From Dipteris shenzhenensis (Eukaryota), in NCBI GenBank assembly GCA_047967505.1, contig CM106538.1: 64,000 nt of DNA; one strand, 5' to 3'. This document shows positions 40,143 to 52,645 of the stretch, in pieces. Made by a program: the position numbers and the translations under genes. A model generated the notes under the pieces. The model was not told where the DNA came from, searched no databases, and worked only from the letters and a program-made list of their open reading frames with translations. How positions within the stretch are numbered: position 1 is the stretch's first letter; every line of letters starts with the position of its first letter.

Positions 40143-40875
40143 TGTAAGAAAACAATACAACGTCTATGCTCAACAGATAACCGGATCTCGTATGCAAGAG
40201 AGAAAAGCAGATAGTATGGAGAATCAAAAATTTGATTACTGTAAAACTGATACAATAGATGGCGCTGCCTCCCAGCCGTGCGTTCCTGTGTGAGAAGCTT
40301 CGATGGCATGTTGGAAACAGTACAAGATGGAGGCTGGATGCTAAGGAATCAGGGTTGCTTTAGCCAGTGATGAATATGGGCTTCACAGGCTTGCTCTTAT
40401 ATAGCCACTAGTCGTAGTCCATTAGACCCAATTGGGAGATCGACCTAGTCGGCCCAAAACAGCCAACTGGAGATCGGTCGTGAAATAGGCCACCGACCAC
40501 ACATTAGAACCGTGGTACAAAATAGAGCAACTAATTTATGGTTATTGTTCGGCCCAGAGCCATCCGAGAACATCTGGGGCTCCAAACGGGCCCCACAACC
40601 AGAGAGTGGGCTACCCCAAGAAATGCTCCATCTACCCTCAGTGAGGTCAGTCATGGGATGCCTTCCCACACTTGCATGTAGCCTAGTTGGCAATGTGCCA
40701 ACTCTATCTGAAGCCATCTAGCCATCAGGCCACACATGGCCCCCATTTGGTGTCCAAACCAGGACTTACTAGATAACCGAGCTACTCAAATGCCTTCTCC
40801 TCATATGGGGGGCTTACAAGTAGAGTTAGCTAGTTCTCGCATAGTTAAATGAGAGTGGAGCATTGATATCTAACA
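40143..40875 (-). repeat. Copia 5' LTR (733 bp); tRNA-iMet PBS at 40131-40142
   Basis: GCTCTGATACCA (reverse complement TGGTATCAGAGC) abuts TGTAAGAAAACAATA...GATATCTAACA. Confidence 0.95.
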
Positions 40876-43250
40876 CTACCAACCCATCTAAACTCTCTTG
40901 TGAAGATTAAGACCTTGCCCCCCTTCCAAGTAATGTCTCCCTCACACAATTGTAATATGCTCATGACCAACTCTTGATCTACATTATTGAGTCTGAATTC
41001 CCTTCTGATCTCCAGCCATGTCTTCCATTTAAAGTAGTTTTTGTCCCACAAATCTCCCCAAGTGATTAGACCTTTCTTTGAAAGTTGCCATGCTTTTAGA
41101 AAATCCTCATCACTTAGTTGTTGTTTGGTGAAGAAAATAGATAAACAAATTGAGTCTAGAGTCATGAAACTCCCTTTACCAAAGAGGACAATGTGACTCG
41201 ATCTATTCAAAGGCCCCCCATAAGGTTTTCTAGAGTCATACAGGGCTCTGAGTTAGGGCTCGAAGTTACCAATAGCAGAGAGGAGAGGAAAATGCTTCCA
41301 TGTAGGGGCCTTGTAGGGTCTAACAAATTTAAAGTTTCTAAGCAAGAGGTTAGCCCAGTCACTATCAGGGGAAGTGATAGCTTTTATTATCCAAGTGGCT
41401 GTAAGTTTGTAGGCTGCCAATTGGATATTGATTACTCCCAATGCTCCTTCATTTTTGCGTCTGGTATAGAAGGTCAATTTAACCTTTGATATTCTCCTTC
41501 TTGTATCACTACCCCCATAAGAAGGATCTGCAGACTCTAATGAACTTTTCTAAGCCTATTTTAGAGGGGCACCAATAGGAGAGATAAAAAATAGCTATTG
41601 GGAAAATGCATTGGTTTAGAACAACTCTGCTCCATGCAAGATTTGCATGTAATCCTTTGAGTCTGTCTATTTTTTTGTTGAATCTGTCTAGGAACCATTC
41701 CCATTTTTCCTTCATTTTAACATTAAATCCCATAGGAATACCCAACAGCCTGAAGATTTGACCATGAGGAATTCCTTTGTAGCCCATCAGCCACCTATGA
41801 GCAGGGCATATCCTACTTTTGTATGGTTTATTTTGGAACCAGATGGCATACAAAATATGTCCATACAATCCATAGCCCTTTGAATGTCTACATCTATATT
41901 TTAGATAGTGAGAGTGGTGTCATCTACAAATTGTTGATTCACTAGAAGTTTTCCTGAGGGGAGCTCAGTACCTCTAATTCCACCACTGGCCACTTGGTAT
42001 TTTATTAGCCATCCTAAAGTATTAGCAAGCTATGGAAAATAATAGAGGGGCCAAGGGGAACCCTTGTCTTATTGATCTCTTTAGCAAGAAAATTTGAGAC
42101 ATTTCTCCGTTCACACAGACCTTTGCTGATGCTTTGGAGAGCAGTAGAGCAACAAAGGATGTGAACTTTGTCCCTAGCCCCAGATTATTGAGGGACTACA
42201 AAAGCAAATCCCAATTAAGCCTGTCATAGGCTTTGTGAAAGTCAATATTTATTAGACACACCTCTTGTTTACTCTCCTCAGCATGGATGCATCCTTCCCA
42301 TAGGTTTATGATTGCCTCCAAAAGGTGCCTATTTTTTATAAAACCTTTATGTTCCTGTAGAATCCAATTATCCATCTTACTTCTCATTCTTAATGCAAGA
42401 GCTTTGGCATAGATCTTGTAGGAACAATTTAACATGGTTAGGGGTCTCCAATTTTTTAACACTGTCTTGTCTCCATCTTTTGGGATGAGTTTTATAACTC
42501 CTCCATTTATGTGGTTGGGTAAGAAGTCCTATTCAACGTTCTCTCTCCAAACTGCTAATAGAGAAGGGCCCAATGTGTCCTAGAAAAACTTGTAGAACTC
42601 TACTAGAAGACCATCCTCCCCTGGAGTTTTGCCATTAGCCATAGAGAATGCTGCCTCTTTCAGTTCTTGCAGATAAAGGTCATTTTCTAGTTGCATTCTA
42701 TCCAAGCAAGAAACTTTACATTGTCTAACTGTTTGGCATCTGTCTCTAGCCTCTAGAACCTTATTGTCACTTGGGTTAACTATACTTAGTAAATTCTTGA
42801 AATGGCTGACAATAATCTCAACAAATTCCTCTTCTGTTCTGACCATATCCCCATCTTCCTTCCGCAAAAGAGGGATTTCCTCCTGGTTTTTTTTTTTTAA
42901 ATCCTTGTAAAATTTTCTTTGGTTGGTCTATCGACTTTTCCTGCCCACCATTCCCTAAAATATATTTTAGCATTATGGATCTTGATTTGTTCCTGGATTC
43001 TAATTTCCTTTCTTTTTTCCAAAAGTTGTTGCTGGGCATTGCTGTCCTTCATTCTTGCCCTTTGTTCAAGTTGTTCCAGATCATTCTTCAACTTATCCAT
43101 TCTCCTTGAACACACTATTCAAAATTTTTGGACTTGTGTAAAGTCGAATTTGAGAAATGGACTAAAAGCCAGTCCAAAAATTTTGAATATACTAGTAATG
43201 TTGTTTTTTGAACTAGATTTGACAACTCAAAACAAAAGATTTGATGATTA
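40876..43250 (-). mobile_element. L1-type LINE ORF2 middle part (reverse transcriptase)
   Basis: KTPGEDGL, NWRPLTMLNCSYKIYAKALA, IDFHKAYDRLNW, QFVDDTTL, FRLLGIPMG. Confidence 0.9.
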
Positions 43251-43279
43251 AGTACTAAGAACATCAATGCATAACCAAA

Positions 43280-43540
43280 TCTCTTACAAAGGTGGTCTAC
43301 ATAAACATCTTCATAACTTCTTGTGAATAGAGCTACTATCACCTAAGAACATCAATAGATGACCAATAATGGATGACCAATTCTCTTAGAAAGGTGGTGT
43401 AAATAAACACCTTTATGTATAAGTGGTGTGCATACACCTTTATGACCATTTCTTTTAGAAAGGTGGTGTACATAAACCCCTTAGAAAGGTAGTGTAGATA
43501 AATCCTTTTATGTGTAAGTGGTGTACATATACACCTCACT
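43280..43540. repeat. Cluster of about six short direct repeats, consensus AAAGGTGGTGTACATAAACAC
   Basis: Copies near 43288, 43390, 43421, 43459, 43485, 43516. Confidence 0.75.
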
Positions 43541-43744
43541 TGGTATTAAAAAACACCCTTAACTATAAAAATACATTTGACATAAAGTTTAAAATACACC
43601 ATTAAGTATAAAATGGACCTCATAAACAATCTTTATACACAATAATGAGAGTAAAGAAATCAAAAAAGTAGTAAACTTTTTATTAGATATTCGCTTTACA
43701 TAGAAGTTCAAAACTTGTGATTACAAAGCCGTCAGCCATCATGT

Positions 43745-46700
43745 TACTCAGTACCAATGTCCTCAATGCCAGGCCCTTGACTACCAGGGTCCTGACTAAT
43801 AGGCTGCTCTAAGACTGGAGTCTCAGTAGCAAGATCCTCAATAGTTTGCTCTTCAGTTCCAAGCACCTGACTTGTCTAGAGTCTCATGACCAAGTTCTTG
43901 GTGAGTAGGGACCTGGCTACTAGGTTCCTGACTAGTAGGCTGCTGCTCTGGAGTCTATAAGGTCATGGTTGAAGAACCATCTATGCCTCCTGGTAACTCC
44001 TCCTAATCATGCTTTGCCTCATCCATACCTTCTTTGAGTAAGGCTTCCTTGCTTGATCCACTTGCATGTCCTTCACCCAAGGTCAAGGGTGCCTTCCTCA
44101 CTTTTAATTTCAATGGAAGTGCTTCCACCTCTTTAGCCTTACCTTTTCCTGTGACGTGCTGTACTTCTACTTCTTGCTACCACGATCCTTCCCATATGAT
44201 GAGTGGAACCTCCTTGACTCTAGTTGACAATTGATCACCCTTATTCTTTGTGCGGATTTCTTCTTTGCATAAGTCATCGGATGTAGAGCTTTCATCCTCA
44301 TCATCACCTGAGCTAGAATCATCACCCTCAGACTCACTACCCTCGTCTTTAACATTTTTCTCAGTACCCTCTTCTTTGACATTTTCCTCTTCAAAGAAGG
44401 TAGTGCAACTATAATATGTGTCAAAGAACTCAATTTGATGGGGGGTATCAATGACATTTACATTTCTACCTTGGCGTAGCAATTTCTAAGTAGCAAAATC
44501 CATTCGATATAATGCTACTTCCCACCCATCATTTAGTAAATTCTTTATCATCTCTAGTATCACATCAGGATCCATCGGCTTTCTGTAATCCACCATTATT
44601 GCATCAAGCTTAACCTTATTGTCCTCAAAGTAATGAAGCTCGAGAGTCCTTAAAGGAATTTTGATTAGATTGCCACCACCCCTAGATAAGAAGCACATCA
44701 AGAAAGGTTGCAAGACTTGAATGGTAGTGCCTTCCAAGACAGTCATATGATTGCGTAGGACTATGCCATGGTATACTTTTGAAAGTAAATACCCAAATGC
44801 AGATGTCAAACTCACATACAAGGCATCCCTTTGTGATTCTGTCATGAATAGGACCAACATTGATCTTTCTTATCTGCCATAGGACCTTCTACGATAAACC
44901 GCACAAGTTCAACTATCCGTAACACTACAAGGTCTTGCAGTTCATCTATGAAAAATATGCATGGCTTCTCCCAAGCATGACCGCTCATTGTTATGAAATG
45001 CTCTATATCAATGCCATTGATGTGTGCAAATTTTGTATCATTCTTGTATAGCATGATATCATAGGAGAAGCTGAATGGAGAACCATCATCTAAACCACCA
45101 ATTGCTCTACCTTGGGTAGTGGATTGCAAGGCCTTTCTTTTGATGTCCATATATTCTGTCTCAACAACCTTTGGCATTTTAGCTCTTAGATCCTTTGTTG
45201 GTGTGGCATCTGCATCCATTGAAGCCAACCACTTTCTAGCCCATGTCTTATCAAGGAGTTGACCTAGGCTAAGTGCTTTCTACTTATCCACATCAATTGA
45301 CTTGCCAGCTAACTCATCATCAGATTTTAATAAAAACAATAGTGCCGAGAGAGCAGCCTCACTTTGAATCATTCGGGTGACCACTTCATCCAAGTTGCTA
45401 TGCTTGCTCTTCTTTCCAAAGAAGCAGTCACCACTTAGGATCTTCTTGCATACTTCTTTTGTTATTGCATCTGGAACAAACCTTAATGCTCTTCACCAAA
45501 CAATAGACATTGGTTTCTTTATTTCTTTCCTCTCAGTTGCTGTGTGCTCTGGTGCCTCAAAGGATATCTTCCCTGTTTCATATGCTTGGCAAACATCCAC
45601 CATGCTTTGAAACACTGAGTCCTCATGGAAGACAATGCAAGTAACATCCCTGTATCTTACAACGATGGTGTTCAAATCCTTTGCCTCAACCTTATTACTT
45701 GGTATGCCTTGTGTATTGCTTATAACACCTTTCAAGCATCTATAGAACTAAGTCCTCTTTGCCATGTACTCAGATGTAGGTCTCCTGCCCTTCACTGTTT
45801 GTGGCTTTTCACAACCCATCCATAACTCCCTTGCCTTTATCAAGATCTCAGAAAGAGAAGAGCTTTTTTTCAACCTAAATGGAGCAAAATTCAGCCTTTC
45901 TGATTCTAGAATGTACTTCGAGTCATCGTTAAATATGCATACATGACAAATGACCCGTTGAAACTTTTCCATCCACTCAATCTGTGGTAAGTTTCCTTTT
46001 CTTCCCTCATTAAGGGCGATCCTGCAAGCTTCACAAAAGTGTTGCCCATCAATGGGCTCAATCTTGCATATTTCCAAGAATCTATTCTTTGCTAGCATGT
46101 ATCTCTTCTCGATGTCAGTCCCATATCGGCTTTGGTACAAAGCCTCTCCACGAAAAAAGTCACTCCTTCTAAAGTTCTCAAAAGCATCAAGAAAGTCCAC
46201 GTGCTTTTGAAATGTGACATCAGGCAATGTAAGATCATCTTCTTGAAGTCTCTTAAATGCCATAGGATGAAGAGTGATATTAATAGCAACTGGAGTTCTT
46301 GTTTTCCTCGTATCTTCATACAATTTGCGTGCAAATGTCTTGCAAATGTCTTATCTAGCTTTCTTCGATTTGTGAACAATGAAGCTCAATCAATAAGCAT
46401 TGTGGCCACGCTGAATTGTGAAAATCCCCAAATGTACCCCTCATCCTCTGAAGGATGTAAGTCTGCCACACTTATAGAAAAGTCTTCGAGACTTGTATCT
46501 TCTTCTTGCAGATCCTCCTGTTCATTGCTATCCAATTTTTCGCCTGGTTTTAAATAACTTGCACTTGAATGATCTGCATGTGGAGTAGGAGTTATTTTTG
46601 CTCCCTTTCTGGGAATAGCTGTAGAACTTGAATCTGCTCCACAATCACTCCTTCTTGTTCCTATAGTTGCAGCAGTCAATGGTGTAGGTACAGTTGGAGA

Positions 46701-46890
46701 TACTGTAGCTACTGCCGTAGATATTGTAGTTACTCTTGCCAGAGTTACCGTAGTTATCGCCATAGATATTGGTGGTACAACTTGAGGGTTACATGTTATA
46801 GATGGCGTACTTACTGCTGCACTTACTGTTGCTAAAGGTACAACACCACCACTTGGAAATGCATCCTACATTTTCTTCAATGCTTCTAAG
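43745..46890 (-). pseudogene. Large (~1000 codon) decayed ORF with ParB/Srx-like motif and a possible DNA amino-methyltransferase-like C-terminal region
   Basis: ORF pieces 46386-46763, 45748-46323, 45493-45735, 44842-45228, 44486-44860, 44177-44482 chain on one strand; IEPIDGQHFCEAC (DGQH at 46039-46050); YRKPMDPDVILEMIKNLLNDGWEV...LLRQGRNVNVID; acidic tail. Confidence 0.55.
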
Positions 46891-46894
46891 GCAC

Positions 46895-49188
46895 TTGAAG
46901 AGAATAGTTCTTGGAGAGAGACAATGAAGTAAGAGAATTCGAAACATTGCAGAGTTGGAAGTTGGCACTGGAGGATGTAAGCGTAGAGTACAGAAAGCAA
47001 GGTAAGAGTACATCTTGTTTAGCCTCTTGTTTAGCCATTATATTTGTATATATGTGTCTGTCTTGCAAGAAAATCTGTGATATTGCAAAGTGTACTTGTT
47101 GTAGGGAAGTTTTAGGAGCTCAGAAAGAAAACATTGATCCTAATTTAATTCTTGTCAAACAAATGAAGGGTTTAGTCTCCACTATTGTTGCAAAGAACAT
47201 GATCAAGGAAAAGAAGTTTAAGAAGGTAAAACGTGAAGTTTTTGAAGACTTTGTATCGAAAAGTAAAGTTGACGTCACAAAAATTCAAGAGGCTCTTGAT
47301 GTGAGCAAAGTGAGCAGAAAGCGATATGCTTCAGTATTTAGAGTTGTGTCATCAACATTAAAAGATCAATGGATAAAACGCGTGGTTACCCCAACATCAG
47401 CACAAGTGTGGAAGTAACGAGGTCATCTCAACCAAGAAATTGATAAGTTTATTGGATATTACTTTCATATCGAAAGTGTATATGAAAGTGAAAAGGGAAG
47501 CATTCCATATAATGCTTGGAATGATATTTTTATAGATCTTAAACAATTGCAAAGACTTATGGTTGAGTTCTACAGTATCACATTTGAAGAATGTAAAGGA
47601 GTTTTGAAGTTTGTTGTTGTGAAGCTCGATGAGTGTGAAATCGTCAAGGAAAAAAAGATAGAGAGAGTTTCTACACTTTGATGAATTGAGCACTTGATCA
47701 ATCGATCACAAAGTCCAGCTCAAAGTACTTCAATGTCCAATCAAAAAAGCACATATGGTGGTTGGGTGCATTTGAGGTATGTAAACTATCACCTTCCAAA
47801 TTAGTCTTTGCTCGAAATGTAATAAATTTTATATCATATATCTTGCAAACTTGTGGTTTTAAATTATAGGTGAAGACTGAGGATCATGTAGTACTTTATT
47901 GGGTATTTCATCAAACAGATATACCATCAATTATCAAGAGTCAAGTCCAAGGACACCATCTTCATGTTCTAGGGAAGGGTGATTTTCAAATTGAATGTCA
48001 TATGGAAGGTGACCTGAAAACACTGAAGTCTATGTTCAATATAAGCAAAGGGGGTAACTCAAAATCTCCTTGCTTGTACTGCAACGAACCAGTGCATGTC
48101 CTAGATTCTAAATGATGGAAAAGAGCACCCAACAGAGATAAAATAGATAAAATTTCCAAAGCATTTCTTGAGATCTCATTATGCAATGTTCACATTTGTA
48201 CATTGCATGCATTCTCTAGGATCATTGAGAAACTAGTTTTCCTATATATTGGATTTGCATGGAAAATTTGCCTTGAGAGCAGAAGAAAAGAGGCACTACA
48301 ATCATTAGAAGCAGTGCTATCAGAAATTGGTCTCCATGGAGGAGATGTACATATTACAAAGGATCTTTAAAAATCTACTAATGGAGAAGATGTTCCTATC
48401 AAGCCATCTATTGGTGGAGTAAAGGCTAGAAGATTTCTGTCTCATCCAGAGAAAAGAAAAATAAATGGCAGTAAAAAAACATACGTATCAAGGATAAAGT
48501 ATAATTTGTGGAGAAAAGTACACAATGCTATCAAAGATCATCAAGCAGATGGATTGGCAAGAGATGTCAAGGCAAAAGTGTGGAAATGCTTAGATAAGCT
48601 TTTTGTTTTTTGTGACCAAGCCACCTTTAGCAAAAATGATCAACAAGCATTTGAAGAAGTGGCAAAGAGTTTTTGAAAGCCAATGAAAGAGCCTTGGACA
48701 ACATGTAACATCACTCATTACATGTTAAGCACAATATCATGTTTTTGTGCATGTTTGTTTGTAAAAGCAAACAATATTAGTTTTATATATTCTAATGTCC
48801 ACTTGCCTATGTATCAAAACAGCATATAATCTACAATCACCTTCCTTTCTTTGTAAAAAAATATGGATGCCCTACAATTTGGTCCACATAGGGAATGGAG
48901 AAATCACACTACATGGCATGAAATGCATTCTTTGGACATACACAACAATTTAGAGGAAAACAGAAAGCCAATAGTTTAAAAGAAGTCTTCCAGTGGTTCT
49001 ATCGAGGAATACTACAAAGACTTCAAGCCAAGAAGAAAGTTAATACATCACAGGTTAAGTTAGTTTTCAAATTGGCTCAAAAGGAAAGAAGGAGGAAGAT
49101 TTTGGAGAACTTAAATGCAGTACAAAGACATGCTCAGTGGAGACACTTAGACATATTTGTAAACCACAAATGGGTAGATAGAAGCTAA
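46895..49188 (+). pseudogene. RAG1/Transib-like DDE transposase with three introns (47002-47104, 47777-47869, ~48725-48822)
   Basis: FVVVKLD (D 47628), VQSKKHIWWLGAFE|VKTEDHVVL, EGDLK (D 48011), PCLYC (48071-48082), ICTLH, IGGVKARRFL, ITHYM|HIIYNHLPFFVKKYG, WST*GMEKSH (E 48898); collinear with the RAG1 core. Several stops, at least one frameshift, third donor damaged. Confidence 0.8.
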
Positions 49189-49439
49189 GTGCTAAACCTT
49201 GTTCATCAATAGGTGTCATCCAATGTAACAAATATTTTTTTGCAATGAAGAAGACTTGGATCTTTCATTCATAAGAAGTCATTGTACGTAACCATTGAAA
49301 TATTTGAAATGTACTACATATATTTCTTTTTGAAAATGTACATTGTTTTTGTCACAAATACACATAAACACAACTAAGACATTCTAAAATGATAGTGTTC
49401 TCACAATTCAACCTTACATCTATCTTGTAAAATATACAA

Positions 49440-51340
49440 TGCCATACATGCTATCCTTCCAATGGTTGGCAAACTTTTCTTGGAACCCTTCTTGTGACTT
49501 TGATTGGAGACCTTTTTTTCTTAAGCTGAGGAGCAACCAAACTCTTCTCATCTTACGCAAGAGTTGTTGTGGTCACAGTTTGCTCTTCAACTATTTTGTC
49601 GAGAAGGGCCACCAAAGAAGGCTCTTGATTCCTTATGAGCTTATGCTTTCCATAAGTTTCCAAGGAGAGGGGACCCTTTACACCACAAGCTAGTGCCTAG
49701 GCAGTATATGCCAAAATGTAGCTAGCTCTTGAGCCTTGCTTTCTAGCATAACACCCAAGAATAAATAAAGCAGACTGCTTCTCTATCAGTATGATCTTAT
49801 CTGTTTGCCACTATATAGGATGACCACCCATAACTTTTGACAAACACTTGAAAAAATAAGTAAGAGTGACTCCATCATTGCTAAGTAATTTGCTAAAAAT
49901 CAGTATCTTTGTAGCAGATAGGTCTTTAATATAATGAGAAATGCTTGATAATTTACCAAGCCCAGGAATTCTACTTCCAGCTGCCCTCAGGAGAAATGTG
50001 TCATCTTCAATGAACAACTGCCATATGCAAAATACACAATTTAGATTTAAAACATACCATCCAATTGCATATCTAAACTCTAAATTCAAGAAAGGTAGGT
50101 TCCTTACCTCAATATTCTCATCTTTCTCTAGTATATCATCCTTAAACAAGGAGATACCCATCTCCTCCTTCCCCTCAGAGCTGCGACTGATATCCAAGCT
50201 TGCTACTATGAGGTTCATTTGTGCTTGGGTTTCCTGGAAGATTGTCTAATGCACCTCTTCATACATTTTGGCTTGCTCAAAATAGATGGACAATGCTTCC
50301 GAAGGATTGAATTTGTCCTCCAGCTCTAACAAAGGATCATCCATCAACCCTTACTTCCTTGTCAACCTTGCGAGATTGTGCAATAAGGGCAATTGCATAA
50401 TCTTGTCTCAAATTAAACAAGTACTATACGTCATACAACAAGACATACACTTTTCCCTCAATATTGAACGAGGAAAAATGGGCACAGTGAGGTCGGGCTC
50501 TCAGCCTCAAGGTCATCCACTATGACAGAATCCAGCCTCAAGGTTGTCCACTATGACAGCATCTCTTAGGGTCTCATTTTTTAAGGCCACTAGGTCCAAT
50601 GCTACCACTGCAAGCTCCTTTTCTATTTGGTTGATCTTCTCTTCCACTTCTAGTAGGTCTGACTTATCTTCTGTTTCCTATTCCTCATTGCTATCCTTTG
50701 GGTCCTCAACTGATCCATCAGCATAGTGTACATACATGGAAAATGCAAGTGACTCTTCAAGTATCCTGAAATTGCCCTTGTGTATAGTGCAGATTCCCTT
50801 GTGGTAGTCTTCAAAACTATCAAACAGCTTGTGCATTTGATACCTCATCCTATCATTTGTAGCAATGTCCTTGATATGTACAAAAGTCTTATTGTTGACA
50901 ACTTTTGATCCTTCAACTATCAGCCTGTGGAAGGATTCATACAGCTCTACAAGAAAATCCTTGTGCTGTGTCAAAAGAGACTACAAATCCATCTCCTTAT
51001 TGAACATCTCATGGTATTTGTGATAGTGCATTTGGCAATCTGACTTCTATAGAAATTCAAAGAGCTGCAATCGGGGTTACTTCTTTTCCTCCTCCTCCGT
51101 TCCCTTAGCAATTGACTATCCACCTTTGCCTGAACCCTTGTCATTGGGCTCTCTTCCCTTGACTACATCATACAAAATTAAAAATGAGTCCCACACATAT
51201 AGCTAAAAAGAAACATAAGCACTCATAAAGAAATTATTACTAGGAGATTCCTCCTCCCTTACAGCATAAGCTCAGAGGTCAATGGTCTTCCTGACACGTC
51301 TCGCTGCATCAGCTAGATGGTTAGCTCCTCCTCTTTGAAA
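49440..51340 (-). pseudogene. Decayed unknown gene convergent with the RAG1-like gene (helical/coiled-coil)
   Basis: Chained minus ORFs 50678-50974 and 49811-50218 plus read-through LLEVEEKINQIEKELAVVAL; intron-like AT-rich gaps; no family recognised. Confidence 0.4.
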
Positions 51341-52645
51341 GTTTGCAAAAAAATGCGATATGGCTGTCTTTCTAGTTAAATACATTGAAATCTCATTTTC
51401 TAGCAAAAAGTCCTATTGATGCAAAAATAAATCTAGTAGAAGTGAGCAATTTGCTCAAAAATGAGATATGGGGTATTCCTAAGCTAAAGAAGGCTCAAAT
51501 CATGTTTTCAAGAAAACTCCTTAGCCACATAGTATTAATCTCCAGGCTTCATATAAAACATCAGGTCCAGACAAATTCAGGTAAATCTTCAAGATAGTTG
51601 TCTTAATCATTCAAAAGATGAAGCAAATGCCTAATAGCTAATGCAGTAGAATTAGATAGATCAACAAGACACTTGGAAAGGTAGATCAAGATTGTGGTGT
51701 ATTTAAGTACCTATATCCTTTCTCTCCATGGCTTTTGCGCAAGTATAGGTAGGTGGGGATGATGATGGGAGAGAAGCAAGGTGTAAAGTATTGTCCAGAT
51801 GAAGATGAGGAAGAAGGTGAAGATCTAAAACTATTGAATGGATGGAGAAAAGTGAAGATAAGAGTAGATGGCACATATTTCTATTCAAGTCACACTTGTC
51901 AGCCACACATGCCAAAAATGGTCTTCAAGGTACTATTTTTAGAGTATCTAGTGATTGCATACACCTATTTTTAGACCAAGCTACCACACTTAATCATTCC
52001 CTTTGTCATCTCCATCTCTAGTTTCATCTTCCTCCCTATAGGCTTGTGACCGAGACAACCTCAATAGCTCTATTACACTAACCCAATATAGCTCCAACTC
52101 CAACCTCACCAGCTCCACCACCCATCTCCACCACCCATAGCAGTTCTAGCCACAACCTCCCTAGCTTCATCTCACACCTCCCCAGGTCTAGCTTCAACCT
52201 CACCAGCTCTAGCTCTACACATAAGCCCAAGTAAGCAATTTGTCACCAGTCATTGGTTTTTCTTGTTGTTAAGGTGAAATGACCATTCCATAGCTTTCTC
52301 TCAAAGACACTCCATGAGTTGTTTTTGTTGAGCACATCCCATCTGCATTCTACGGTTTAGGAGGATGGTGGAGTCCAACTGATTGATTAGATTATGCTTC
52401 AACTAAATTTGCTCAAAAATGTGATTTGAGCTTTTTCTTTTTATTTCTCCTCCATATCGCGTTTTCTAGCAAACTTTTTGCATGGTGTGTGTTATTGAAG
52501 TATGTAAAAAATATTTGCTAGGAAAAACACGATTTCAACATTTTCTCTATATTTTTGCACCATATTGTGTTTTCAAGCAAACTCTTGGGTGGCTAATTTC
52601 CTTGTTATGTTTGGGTTTTTTTCCAGGAGGAGAACACAATAGACT

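Larger units (their letters stand above)
35378..40875 (-). mobile_element. Full-length Ty1/Copia LTR retrotransposon (5498 bp), coding region decayed
   Basis: Two TG...CA LTRs, PBS, PPT; gag CFYCNKAGHKQNEC, PR WIIDSGASCH, INT LELVHTNL/PQQNGVAERK, RT QMDVKSAFLNG, RNaseH DSDWAGD/ADIFTKAL; flanks TTGCC / CTACC. Confidence 0.97.

Noticed and set aside
49440-51340. RAG2-like gene
   Set aside because: Position fits, but no kelch (GG...W) repeats or PHD finger can be read.
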